Shown in pieces: positions 35,959-49,139 of a stretch of 64,000 nucleotides of DNA. The notes under the pieces are model-generated. The model worked only from the letters and a program-made list of their open reading frames with translations, was not told the origin of the DNA and made no database searches. The stretch comes from Vicugna vicugna (Eukaryota): assembly GCA_013265495.1 (NCBI GenBank), contig MU058636.1, positions 6,421,741 through 6,485,740 on the forward strand, given 5' to 3'. Numbering within the stretch: the first letter of the stretch is position 1; each line of letters starts with the position of its first letter. Made by a program: the position numbers and the translations under genes.

Positions 35959-38900
35959 AATTCCATCATCAAAATGGCAGTACAGTTCTCCACTGTCTCC
36001 CTACCCAAAGAACACCAATTGTCAACAGATAAGAGTGCCTTTGTGGAAGTCTAGGAAACTGGTGGAAAAGCTCCAGCACATCACTGGAACAAAAACAAAA
36101 ACAAAAAAACCCAGTATTGGACACATTGAAGAGGGTAAGAGGAGCAGTTTCATTCTACCTATAAAAAGGTGCCCCAAGGTGGCAGAGCTCAGTGCCAAGA
36201 GAGAGCTTCTCGGCCGAGTGTTCTACCATGGCGGAAAACAAGAGTGTGTGAGAATGCCAGGCTTCTCCAGCTATGCAGGATGCTGCCAAAGAGGCCCATT
36301 TATTTCTGGCCCCATCCAGAATACTGAGCTGTGAACTGCATGAGTAGGGGGCAGTGAGCCCCTGTGAGAAGGGTGGCCAGGGCATGGGATGGAGCATACC
36401 AAAGGGACATAGATCCTACAAACTGCTTCATGGACTCCATCAGGAAGCTCGCCTACGAGCCACTGGGGATGTCTCACTTGTGGATCTCTCCAACAGGATC
36501 AAGGGTATTCCCAACACTCCTAGCACCACACCCACATACACACCACACCCCATGGTTGGCTCTCTGTGCATGTTCCTGAGGGCAAAAGTGGGGAGAGAGA
36601 GTCTTTGCAGACAGCTAGTGAGCACATGCAGAAAGCTGGCCCCATTCTGCAGTATTGGCAGAAAACACACTAACTTAAGCATTCAACACTACCCCAGGGA
36701 AAGCAAAAGAGAAACTTTCAGCACATAGCCTGTGTAGGCAGGATCAAGAGAAGGCATAAAGCTTAACAATTCCTCTCCAAGAGAGAAGAAGTATAGAGCA
36801 GGTATCTGTTTTAAAAGTCTGAGAAAGCCTCAGAAATCCTAACAAGACTGATGGAAGGTATTTTTCTTCTGAAGCCAGTCAGTAAAGACTGAAGAGGTGA
36901 CTGCTTCTACAAATGCAAAAATAGCAACACAGGGCTTCAAGGAGCATGAGAAATCAGGGAACCATGAGGCCACCAAAGGAATATAAGTTTTCTAATAAAC
37001 AACCCTGAAGAAATGGAGATCTGCCTTTTGCTTGACAAAAAATTGAAAGCAGTTGTTTTAAGGAAGCTCAGGATAAATTCCTAGAAACAGACAACCTACC
37101 AAGACTGAATCATGAAGAAACAGGAAATCTGAACAGACCAATTGTTAGTAAGGAGATTGAATCACTATACAAAACATCTCTCAAAAAGAGAAAGTCCAGA
37201 ACCAGATAGCTTCACTAGTGAATTCTACCAAACACTTAAGAGGAATTAATACCAATCCTTCTCAAACTCTTACAAAAAAAATAGGAGAGGAGGGAACACT
37301 TCCAAACTCATTCTATGAAGCCAGCCATACTTGGATACCAAAGCCAGACAAAGACACAACAAGAAAAAAAAAATTGCAGGCCAGTACTGCTGATGAACAT
37401 AGACGCAATAATTCTCAGCAAAATATCAGCCAACCGAATTCAACAATGCATTAAAAGGATTGTACACCATGATCAAGTGGGATTTATTGCAGGGATGCAA
37501 GTATGGTTCAACATCTACAAATCAATTAATGTGGTATATCACACTAACAAAACAAAGGATAAAACTATATGGTCATTTTAATAGATGCAGAAAAAGTGCA
37601 AGGCAAAATCCTATATTATTTTGTAATAAAAACTCTCAAGAAACTGGGTACAGAGGAAACATACTCTGCGTAATAAAGGCCATATATGACAAGCCCACAG
37701 CTAACATCATACTCACCCATGAAACACTGAAAGCTGGAGGCATCACACTTCCTGATTTCAAAATACATTATAAGCTTTAGTAATTGAAACAGTATAGAGT
37801 TGGTATAAACACAGACACATAAATCAGTGGAACAGAATAGAGTCCAGAAAATAAAACCATGCATTATGGTCAGTTAATTTTCGACAAGGCAGCATGAATG
37901 CACAATGAGGAAAGAACAGTCTCACCAATAAATGGTGTTAGAAAAACTGGGTATCTACATGCAAAAGAATATAATTGGACTCAGCTTATACAACAAACAA
38001 AAATCAATTCAAAATGTATTAAAAACTTAAATATAAAATCTGAAACTGTAAAACTCTTGAGAGAAAACAGAGGGGATAAGCTCCTTGGCATTGATCTCAA
38101 CATTGATTTTTCTAGATTTGACACCAAAATCAAAGGCAAAAAAAGCAAAAATCAACAAGTGGGACTATATCAAACAAAAAAGCCTCTGCACAGCAAAAGA
38201 AGAAATTAACAAAATGAAAAGGTTACCTATGGAATGAAAGAAAATATTTGCAAATCACATACCTGATAAGGGGTTAATATCCAAAATATACAAGGAACAC
38301 TTACAAATCACTAGTAAAAAATTAAAACCCAATTAACAATTAGAAAAGGAACTGAACAGACATTTTTCCAAACAAGATATACAAATGGCCAAGAGATATA
38401 TGAAAAGATGCTTAATATTGCCAACATTCAGCAAATACAAACCAAAACCACAATGAAATATAACCTCCCACCTGTTAGGATAGCTATCATTAAAAGGACA
38501 AGAGATGCTGATGAGAACAGAGAGAAAAGGGAACCCTAGTGTACTGTTTGTGGAGATGTAAATTGGTACAGCCAGTATGAAAAACATCATAAAAGTTTCC
38601 TCAAAAAACTAAAAATAGAACTGCCATATGATCCAGCCATATACTTGTGGGTACATATCCAAAGGAAATGAAATCACTATTTCAAAGAGGTATGTGTACT
38701 TCCATGTTCATTGCAGTGTTATTTAAAATATTCAAGGTATGGAAACAACCTAGGTGTCTACCACTGTATGAATGGATAAAGAAAATGCTGCATAAAAATG
38801 TATAATGGAATATTATTCACCCTCGAAAAAGAAGGCAATCCTATGATTTGTGACAACATAGATTAAACTTGAGAGCATCATGCTAAGTGAAATAAGACAA

Positions 38901-39314
38901 AGACAGATACTGTATGGATACTCATACTTACATCTGGAATATATATATATATATAGTTAAACTCATAGAAACAGAGCATAGAATGATGATTGCCAGGGGT
39001 CATGAGGGTGGGGGAAATGAGGAGTCAAAGGGCCCAAACTTTAAGTTATAAGATGAATAACTTCTGAGGCTCTAATATATAGCATGGTGCCTCTAGTTAG
39101 TCACACTGTATATTTTACTTGAAATTTGCTGAGAAAGATCTTTAAAATTCTCAACAAAAATTAAAAAGCTAACTATTCAAGGTGACAGATGTATTACTTA
39201 ATTTGATTGTGGGAATCATTTCACAATGTATACATATATCAAATCATCACATTGTACATTTTAAATACATAACCACTGTATTTATCAATTATGCCTCAAT
39301 AAGGCTGGTGGGGG
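35959..39314 (+). mobile_element. L1 (L1MA9-like) with 5' UTR and 3' end but two large internal deletions
   Basis: 5' caaaatggcag; ORF1 start about 36913-37071; ORF2 remnants ([61 protein letters not shown]); 3' UTR ends ctcaataaggctgg. Degenerate TSD 35943-35958 / 39315-39330. Confidence 0.9.
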
Positions 39315-39479
39315 AAAGACATCCCTGACCCCATGGCACACTTCACTTCCCCATCATAACACTTTCCTCACAGATAGCCTTCAGTTAATAAACACCTCCT
39401 GGGTACTAATTATGCACCAGTCACTATTGAAAGTATGGGGGTAGAGCATTAAACAAAATAGATTAGATTGTTAAAATCA

Positions 39480-39635
39480 CCTAGTAGTTGTTTGTGATTT
39501 TCCACAGGACTTGAAGTTCCAGGATGGCAGAATATAATCTTTCCTACTGTCATCTCAATCTCCAGTGCCTAGCACTGGATTTGACATGTACTAGACTCTT
39601 AAAATAAACTTTTATTCAATGAATATTATTGAATG
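39480..39635 (+). mobile_element. L2 3' end
   Basis: gaagttccaggatggcag...tccagtgcctagcactgg...tgaatattattgaatg. Confidence 0.7.
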
Positions 39636-40764
39636 TCAAAAGCATGCCACTTTAGCATATAACAGCATATAACAAAAAAGCCCCATACTCAATTGAAATG
39701 CTTTCTTTTACTTAAACTCTGCTATTGTTACAAGTAAGCCAGTGACCACCAGAAACATCTGAGTATTCCTTTCTAAGAAAAAGTCAAACACCTTTGGGGT
39801 TGTATGGACTTGGGTGCTACATCAAAAGGGAGAAAAGTTATGAGGAATGTCATTAGAGAAAATGCACTTTGTATCTTCTGTTCTTCCTCGTTTCTGAGAA
39901 ATAAGCCTTGCAGCTGCCAGCACACAAATTCAAAATGATACCAAAACCCAAAACACTTCCTTTGACTACAAATTGCACGGCACTACATGACAATACTTCT
40001 CCACACCCAAGTCCACATGACACCGAAGGCAAATGTTAACATATAAAATACGTTCTGGGGCTTGGGCGATTCATCCATCAGGTACATTTTAGGTCCCAAC
40101 CTTCCTGCAGTTGCTCCTCCCAGGAATGAAGATGGAAACTCCCAAGAAGTCACTCCAGCCGGGGCCTTGCAATGGAGAGAGCCAGGCAGCCCTCTTTGCT
40201 GGTAAGCAATCTACTCAACACTCAGTTAAGGTCCTTCCCTTTGGGAGCCTAGTTTTAAATGCCACATGGCCAAGGTAGCACAGAAATCACATTACATCCA
40301 TGTCCGCTGAGCACACACAATGGTTTACCCACTCCCTTCTCATTTTTCAATTTAACTCTAGTTTTCACTTTCTATTTTTCCATGTTTCTCTTCTATTTCT
40401 CTTCCTCCTTGTTGAATGGACCCCCTGTGAGCTATTCATGAAAATTCTTAAAACTAGGAGGAAACTGATTACTAGATTTATGAGGTTGTGATGATTTATT
40501 CTCCTCTTAAGGAAAGAGACAATCCATCACATTTTGAAAGGCTGAATAATCAAGTCCTGCATGTGTTTATGTATCATAAAGCTGTTTTCTTGACGAACAG
40601 CTAAGCCACCAACCTAATGATGAGGCTGATTTGCTGTGGACAGACATTTTGAAAACGACTATTTCAGATATAAATGTATTTTTTTGCCAGTGAGGATATT
40701 TTCAATGGAAGAGAAACTCGATAGTGTAATTACTTTGACTCAATACTGCATGGCTTTTTAATAA

Positions 40765-40920
40765 ATTCATTTGGAAAAAAGTTTGCTAAACATCTACTAT
40801 GGGCTAATTGTTGTGTTCAATGTAACAGATTTTCTAGCAACCAGGGGCTCACAGAAGCTCACAGTACAGTAGGGAAACAGATAACTAAATAAATAATTAT
40901 AACAAAATGTTAATTGCTAA
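40765..40920 (-). mobile_element. L2 3' fragment
   Basis: tttgctaaacatctactatgggct...agaagctcacagtacagtagggaaacaga. Confidence 0.55.
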
Positions 40921-43900
40921 AAACAAAGTTGAAACTTGCCCAGATTGGGAAGTTCAAAATCTGTCTGCATGAAACAAAAATCATGAGTCATGTCCATTTT
41001 TGACTGTTAGCATTAAAGGATTTTTAATCTTTTACAAAAGAAAAAGTATCTTATAAGAAACCCCAAATATGAATAAAAGATCCGTCTTCAGTACATAAAA
41101 AGAAACAAGAAGGTAAGGATAAGTATAAAACATGGGGCTACTCGTCAAACTTTCCCTTATACTCCTTTCAAAACTTCCCAGTTGTATGTACTACTCTATC
41201 TCAGAAACTCTTATATCGGAAAACAATCTGATAAATGAATTTTTACCGAGATGCTAATGGCTTGTAGTCTAAGACATCATCATACTGGAAAATCTTACAC
41301 TATTAGGCACTCTTAAAAATAAAAGACTTAACTCACTATTATGAATCACTGATTTTAGAGTATCAGGCATTATATGGGTTTTATCTCTACATCTGAATGC
41401 CCTGCCCTGATTTGTTCAAATTGCAATACTTGGGCATTCATCGACTCCATCCAGATGAAACACTGGTCTAAGCCACGTGCATTCAGAAACAAATCATTCA
41501 CTAGACTACAGTTTTTAATCAAAACATTTGTGATACAAAATAACAATAACAAACACAAATGACAGTAACAAAAACAAAATGATAACTTTATATGAAACTA
41601 TTACCATCAGAAATTAGGGTGATCATGGGAAAATGACTCTAGCAAAGATTTTAGTGGCCTCGATCATATTTTTCTTTCTGTTTTTCCCTTTTACAAGAAA
41701 ACTCAGGGCCATGATAAAACAACTTTTAAAGAAATAATATATTCACATCCTTAACTAAGTATATAGACAAACGCCTCAGCTATGTATAACCATTGCATGT
41801 GCTAAGATTTCAGCCTTTAAGCAGCAACATCCCAGACCTGCACCAAGCAGAGATTCATGCAACTACTGCTAAGAAAAAAAAAAATTAATAAATAAACTCA
41901 AGAAGAAACTAATGGAACAAAAAACATATTCTGATTTATAGAGCAGTCTTCCAAGTACCAAGAAGAACATTCAGATTAGAATCTGTACTAGCAGGGGTTT
42001 TACAAATCACCCAAGGCCAAGCGTTATCTGGAAATTCCATTCTGGCATAAGGCAGAGAGAAGCTTTCTGATTTTACCACTGGAATATCGACAGCCTGGCC
42101 ATTGTACCGGGGCAGGATTCCGGGAAGTGTCCCCGAGGTGAGGTAGATGAGTCCGAGTCCTCAAAACAGCAACATGTAGGAGACCAAGATAATTTTCTAG
42201 CAAAGTCAGAAATTCAAAAGTCTAAATCAAGCATCAGATAAAAGGCTTGGTCACGGAGCTGAAAACCTTGTACAAGATGTAGGGATGGCCCCTCAGCTCC
42301 AAGACGGGAGGCCGGAAGATGGAGGAAAAACTGAAACTTCCTGTCTTGCCTCTTCATAGTGTCCATAACTTCACAGTATGGAGTGAAGAAAGCAAAGCCA
42401 GATTTACAGCATGCACTTTAAGAACAAATGTTTCCAAATTAAGATATGGGGTAGGCCCGAAGAGATAGAGTGAATATTAAATTCCTCTCAACTTTGTCCA
42501 ACAGATTTCATTTCCCAAAGTGCCAAATTATTTTGGTTTCACTAAACTTAATCCCTAATGCAAAGGTGCAGTTCATTAAAATAGAAACACCTAACGCTGT
42601 CTGTGGCTAATTCAGATGGTTTCAAAAATTCAGCAAAGCCCTTTTAATAGTTTCAAGCAAACTACACATCAAAACTGCTGTTGGGGCTGCCTAGCAGCAA
42701 AGCTAATTGCATAACATACACTCATTACAAAGCTTAATAAAGCAGGTCTTTATTCAAACGCGAAAGTTCATCCCAACAAAAATATTTTTAAATGTATGAT
42801 GTGGAAATATCATACAGAGTATTTTATTAGACTCTCACATACATGAAAAATATAAAATGAATATATGAACAATTCATATACATGCAAAATCAGTTTACCT
42901 CTGGAAATTGCTTATTCATCACAAGTAATGCTTTAATAAATCTCTGTTTACTTCCTTCTACCCCCTGCATGTCATAATATGTGTTCTGATTTGTGAACTG
43001 AAGACAATTTCTTTTGAAACCATTAAGATCTTTTTACGGCATCATCCACAGAAGTAACCGTACTGCTAGTTAGCACTACCATCCTATTCATGGCACTGCG
43101 CTTGATGGAGAGCCTTTAAATTAGCCATGTCAAAATTTATTTTGTCTGACTTATTTTTACAGGGATGAAGACCATAGCTTTATTTATTCCAGGAAAGTAT
43201 TTGCTCACATGCTAAAAAAATCTACTGTAAAAAATCAAGAAGAATGTTGATAGCCAATGTCACTGGACTATTCCTTACAAAAGAATTAGATAAATTCTAA
43301 AATCTCATTAATCTTACAATCACTAATATTAATAGATCATCCTGTGCTAGTGATTGTGCCTTCATAAATATCAAATACATTTTAATGACATGTTCTCCAT
43401 CATGAAAACAATAAAGTAAAAAACACAATTTTATTATAACTTTATATGGGACTAGTTCTTGCATGGAAACTTTGAGGATTAGGCATTTTTCCCTCTAACC
43501 TACACATTTTCTCTCTAATGTGCAAGTTAGTGAGATTTGACAATGAATGATTAAGTCCCTGTTAAGTCACTGTGCTGAGCATTTATTAGTATTCAATAAA
43601 TACTAATTGATAATAGTTCTTTCCTCCTCAGTATATATTAACATCTAATATTTTTCATTTATTCCTTATTAACTTGAATAGGAATGATTATAAGTAAGTT
43701 TATTTTATTACTTGTGGCTTCAAGTACATAAAACCCACTTTAGTGGAAGCCCTACTGCTTTCTTTTTTCTTTTTTCTTTTTTCTTTCTAAATAAGCTTTA
43801 GAATTTAATGTATTGGTTTTTCTGTATCCTTCATGTTGACTTGTGGAGCTGTTCATTCTGCCTATAATCATTTAATTACTTGTTTAATCCAGTATGGAAG

Positions 43901-44670
43901 CTTCACACTATGGTGTTTTAATTTATTGCCTCAACATGCACTAAAAGATTTACAAGATAACCTCACCCTCTCAATCTGTCATGACCGATAAAAGCTTTAA
44001 ATAATCTATTAGGGAAAGGCAACACCAAACACCTGGTGATGCTTCACATTTTAGAGCCAATTTTGATATGCAGAGTTTAGAAGACAAGATGTTAATCATC
44101 CCTATGACATTTCACAAATCCCCAATAAGTTGCAACATTTTCTGCTTGGGAAACTGAACGAGGCACTTATAAGGCAATCACCAAAACACTACCTCGACTG
44201 TGAAGGGCCAATCTGACCAAGAACAGACAGACCACTTCTAGTGAAAACTCTAAGGAACTGTTTTCAACCATAATAGTGGGGGGAACAACTGGGTTTAGGG
44301 AGCAAATTGGAATCGGTTCAACATTTCAGAGTCGACCCACTCAGCAGTGCTTCGACGAGCACAGACACAGCATTAAAAAGCTATAGAATCGAAAACTGAG
44401 AAGCCAATATAATTATTTCCACCATTCTCTAAAGTTGTAACTAAACAAAATCTGAAACACAAAGTCAAAATAAACACAAGCCTGCACAAACGGAACAAGC
44501 AATTGACTTTGTTAATCCCTTAAAGTATAGCAAAGAAGGAGATTTTTGGAATCAAGAAGGAATAAATTTGCTTTTCTATTTGGTCACTGTTGTGTTTCTT
44601 CCTGTTATTTTTTCCTACATTGTTGTGTTTCTTCCTGGATGCATATGATTTAAGGACTATGAAGTCAGTA

Positions 44671-44921
44671 GAAGCAGGGTATTATAAGAGTTAATAGAGA
44701 GGGCCCTAGAGTAAGATGGTTTGGTTTTAAGTCCTGGTTCCATCATTTCTTTCTATAAGATTTTGGGCAATTGTATGCTCAGGATCCTCTTCTGTAGAAT
44801 GGGGATAAATAACAGCACTATACCATTGGTTTGCTGTGAAAATTGAGAGAAAGCACGTAAAATTTTCGGCAAGGTGGCTACTACATAGTTGAGGCTCAAA
44901 AAAATGGTAGCTACTATTACT
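44671..44921 (+). mobile_element. MIR (near full length)
   Basis: ggttttaagtcctggttccatc...cctcttctgtagaatggggataa...catagttgaggctcaaaaaaatggtagctactatt. Confidence 0.85.
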
Positions 44922-45299
44922 GTTAGTAGCATTTTGAACATGTGGATGCTCAGTAGATGCTGACTGGATGGAGAGAGGGATGCGTTGTTGAAATACAACA
45001 ACTGGTGACAGTAGGAAAACAGCTCAGTAGGTACAGACATAAACAACCTGTTCACCATCGTTTATCTGTGTGCAAAGACTATGAATATCAGAGATGCTGA
45101 ACCAGAATATCATCAGCCCAGCAGACCAATGCAAGAGAATTGGGATAATCAAGCAGGTCAGTCCTTTCATTTCTGGGTCTAACCTGCCAAACCTTTCAAT
45201 TCTCACAATGTTTTGAAATGTCACTTCATAGAAATCCTTCCACTCCTAGAAGTTTCTTCTTAGCCTGTTAATATTGGAGATGTAAAATCATCTAAAAAT

Positions 45300-46160
45300 C
45301 TATCAGACTGATGCGTAGGTATTATTATCTCTATTTGATAGATTAAGAAACTGAGAGTCGGAAAGTTGTGATAACTTGTCCCAATCCCACATTTAGCAAG
45401 TGGTAGAACCAGAACTCAAGCACAGGTCTTTGATTGCACTTCTGCTGTGATTTGATCATTAGTTCAACAACAACAAAATTAAGTTCAGTATCTACTATGT
45501 GTCAGGCACTGTTTAGGTACTAGGGATACAAATGTAAATAATACGCCACAACTCCCCTCAAACTGTTCGTGATTTAATAGAAAAGACAGAGAAGTACACT
45601 CAAAACCACTCCACCGTGGTCTAAGTAGCTTACGAAAAATGTGGATTCCGGGTTTCACCAAGAGCTCTGATTCAGTAAGGCTGAGATACAGGCCAGGAAT
45701 CTACACTTTTAGGAAGCCTCCCTGCGGTGACTCTCTTAGACCACACCTGGAGAAAGGTTATAAGAGAAGTCTAGGAACAGAAAAGCAGAATTCCTGGGAA
45801 GATGATTCCTGAATTGAGTGTTGAAGGACCAGTGGAAATTATTACTTAGGCAGAGAGAGTGGGAATGAAGAGAGAAGCATTCACATAGAAAAACAAAATT
45901 GACCGAGTTTTTTGTTTGTTTTTTGTTTTTTTTTAAGAATTGACCAAGCTTTTGAGAGATGAAACTCATATGGGAAAATATGGCAGTTAAGTGTAACTAA
46001 ACTAAAAGAGGGTGGCGGGGAAGGATTTGGAGGAAATAAATGTAAAGGTACACAGGACCTCTATCCCTAGAGTCCAAGGGAGCCAGGCCCCGAGTTAGAG
46101 AACATGCAGAGGGCCAGAGCAGCCCCCAGGTGGGGTTTAAGCAAAAAGCAGGTGGCATGA
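45300..46160 (-). mobile_element. MIR, then L2 interrupted by a MER5A-like MITE (about 45610-45750)
   Basis: aagaaactgagagtcggaaagttgtgataacttg; ctactatgtgtcaggcactgtttaggtactagggatac; ctctgattcagtaaggctgag..ggccaggaatctacactttta. Confidence 0.7.
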
Positions 46161-46984
46161 CCAAGGGCTGCTTCTTCCCCAACTCCTCAGATTGTGCTAT
46201 AGAGAGAACTGCGCAAGTTTGCTCCTGAATAATTAGCTTTCCCTTGGAATGGCCTGTTTCAGTTAAAATGTGTCTCTAAGGAGGATTTGAGCCAAGCCAG
46301 TAGCAGGCTTCAACATACAAAACACATATTTTAAGATGAAATGGTGAATCTTCAAATTATATTTAAGCCAATACAAGTTACAAAGCTAATGAAAGTGCAG
46401 CAAAGGGGAGACCCAATTAGTAGCTCTGAATCTTCTGTGCTTTGCTTTAACAAATCTGAAGTTCCTTCCCCTCAGGTATGCTGAACAGACGTAAAATCAT
46501 CATGCCAGACCTTGTCCTGCTTTGAGGCCTCCTTTTTCTAAACCACCGTTGATATTCCCTGGGCTCCACATAGGAAGAGCCGGCCTCCTGGACCGGGTCT
46601 TCCTCATTTCAGCCACGGGGAATGACATCTGTGTGCCACAGTCTTTGGTTTCAAGAACATGGATATAATGGAATGGGCATATCTAGATAGATAGGAAGAA
46701 TGACACAGAAACATGTAAACTTGTAATGTGGCATAGTTACTGATCATTGGAGAAAGAGAAGGATGACCTTGCAAGTCAAGGAGATGGAGAGCCTCAATTC
46801 CAGCAATCTGTGAGGCAAAGCAGCAGCAAGCTTCATCTGCAGCCAAGGTTAGACAGCTCTGTCAGCCACGAGGGGAATCCATCATGTCCAGTCCCGCAGG
46901 AAAGGACAAGGGATGCCGGGAAGCAGAAGAAATCACCTCACGGCTGGCTGTTCCTGGTGTTGCCCAGAGGACCACAGACTTTTA

Positions 46985-47138
46985 CTTTGTTCCAGACAAT
47001 TCTTTTTTTGTTTGTTTTTGCAAGCCTTTCCCATGTACTGTAAAATGTTTGTCATCCCTGGCCCCTACATACTAAATCCCCAAAGTGACCTGGAAACTCT
47101 CCCTAATGGGGATGACAGCCCCCTTTGGAGAACCACTG
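46985..47138. mobile_element. MER20B-like hAT MITE fragment
   Basis: catccctggcccctacatactaaat...gcccctttggagaaccactg. Confidence 0.55.
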
Positions 47139-47914
47139 AGGAGAACTTTAAACCCCTGGAAAGGACCTTCAAGGTCATCAAGGTTCCACATTTCCATTTC
47201 ATAAGGAAAGTAGGGACAAGCCTAGAATCTGATTTTCATGATTCTCGGGCAAACACATTCCTTAAATCTTCGTGCCTCTGGGTTCCAAAAAGGGTCCCTA
47301 CCCTCCCACTGACATCTCTTACTTATACCATCTAAAAACTCTCTCTTGACCACAAGGCAAATGCAAATCTCTGGCAACTTCTCTCTTTGGCAATATGTGC
47401 CAGCCTACTTTTTCTTGAACTTAAGGTACTGGCTGGTACTGAAGCCAACAGCAAAAAGTAGGCTTAGAGCTAAGAGAAAAACCCAGGCATCTTTAGACGG
47501 AAAGTGTGGGCAAGATTAATGGATCTCATCCTCATGAAATTTCAGAGCAAGGATAAAGCAAGGACTTAAAAAGCTTCCAAAAAGGTGAAAAAACATATTT
47601 CTTCAAAGAAATAATAATCTGATTGATACCATAATTCTCATCAGAAACACTGGATTCTAGTACCAATTGTAACAGTAAACACTGCTCTCTAGTAGGTAAA
47701 GAAATGAAATCTTCAGATTGGGAGAGGGTGGGGATGAGAATTTTGAAACTAGAATTCTGTATCACTCAAATGAGGAGATAAAATAAAATGCATATATATG
47801 TGGATATAAATATCTATTCACACATATATGCAATAAAAAAGTTTACCTGCCTACAAAAAAATTACTTCAGTTTTTTCCACCAAAAAATTAAATATCCGAG
47901 AAACAAAGGCAGCT

Positions 47915-48205
47915 AAAAAAAAATGATACACATGAAGTTATTTGCAAAATAGAAAGAGACTCACAGACATAGAAAACAAAAGTAAAGGTAAATTAGGAGT
48001 TTGAGACTAACAGATACACATTACTATATACAAAATAAACAACAAGGACCTACTGTGTAGCACAGGGAACTATATTCAATATCTTATAATAACCTATAAT
48101 GGAAAAGAATCTGAAAAAACATGTAAGTGTAACTAAATCACTTTGCTTTACACCTGAAATTAACACAACATTGTAAAGTAACTATACTTCAATCAAAAAA
48201 AATTT
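47915..48205 (+). mobile_element. Younger cetartiodactyl-type L1 3' end (5'-truncated)
   Basis: gactcacagacatagaaaacaaa...aacaaggacctactgtgtagcacagggaactatattcaatatc...acacctgaaattaacacaacattgtaa...tatacttcaat plus A tail. Confidence 0.85.
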
Positions 48206-48580
48206 AAAAAGCCAAACTCATGGAAACAGATACTAGAAAGATTGTTCCCAGGGACTGTGGGGTTGGGGAAATAGGGAGATGTTGGTCAAAGGGTAGGTAC
48301 ACACTTCCAGTTATAAGGGGAATAAGTTCCGGAGGTCTAATGTACAGCATGGTAATTATAGTTAACAACAGTGTTTTATGTACTTGAAAGTTGCTTAGAG
48401 ACTAGATCTTAAATGTTCTCAATACAAAAAAAAAAAGAAAAAGGTCATTATTATGTGATTTGATTGAGATGTTAACTAATGCTACTATGGTAACCACTTC
48501 ACAAGTATAAGTATATCAAATCAACACATTGTATACCTTAAACTTGTACAATTTTATATGTCAGTTATATCTCAGTGAAG
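48206..48580 (+). mobile_element. L1MA9-like 3' UTR
   Basis: gccaaactcatggaaacaga...ccagttataag..aataagttcc..ctaatgtacagcatgg...tgtcagttatatctca. Confidence 0.85.
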
Positions 48581-49139
48581 TGAGAGCTGGGGAGATGGGA
48601 GCAGAAAGAATATTCAAGTCCAAGGAATGACTTAAGCAGGAGGGAGACAGGTAATCAGCCTCAATAGAGGAAGAGTAGAAATCAGAATAGCAGTTCTCAG
48701 CCTGTGGGTCTGAGATCGGGGGCTACATAGCTATTGCAAGAGGTCTGTGAATCTAGGTGAGGATCAGGCTCCCAGCAGACAGATGAAATAACACCCCTAC
48801 ACATGAATAATACTACTGTCTTTCAAATGTATTAGGTTCTATTGTGATTAGGGAAATTCCTACGTACTTAAAAGTACTATTAAACTCATGCCCAGTATCT
48901 TATATTTTCTCAATTAATAAGTACTAAAATGTAAATATTCCATATCAAGAATTGCACAGCTGTTTTTAATTGTTAAAGTGAGAGTCTCATACTTGTAAAG
49001 TTAGGAACTATTGTGTTAATACTGGAGGGTCCATTCTCTGACTACAGAGTTTTAAACAAAGGACGAGACAGGCAAGATACATGCAGCAGCCCAACCATAT
49101 CACAGAAAGTTGAAAACATCCTTGTAACTAATACCTGGA

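Noticed and set aside
37218..38590. Several ORFs with RT-like peptides
   Set aside because: Frameshifted L1 ORF2 remnants, not a host gene
44589..44638. 17-bp direct repeat tgttgtgtttcttcctg x2 (similar short duplications near 17066 and 58592)
   Set aside because: Two copies only; ordinary local duplication, not a CRISPR-like array
46747..47335. Overlapping 98- and 140-aa ORFs
   Set aside because: Run into a MER20B-like MITE; no recognisable protein
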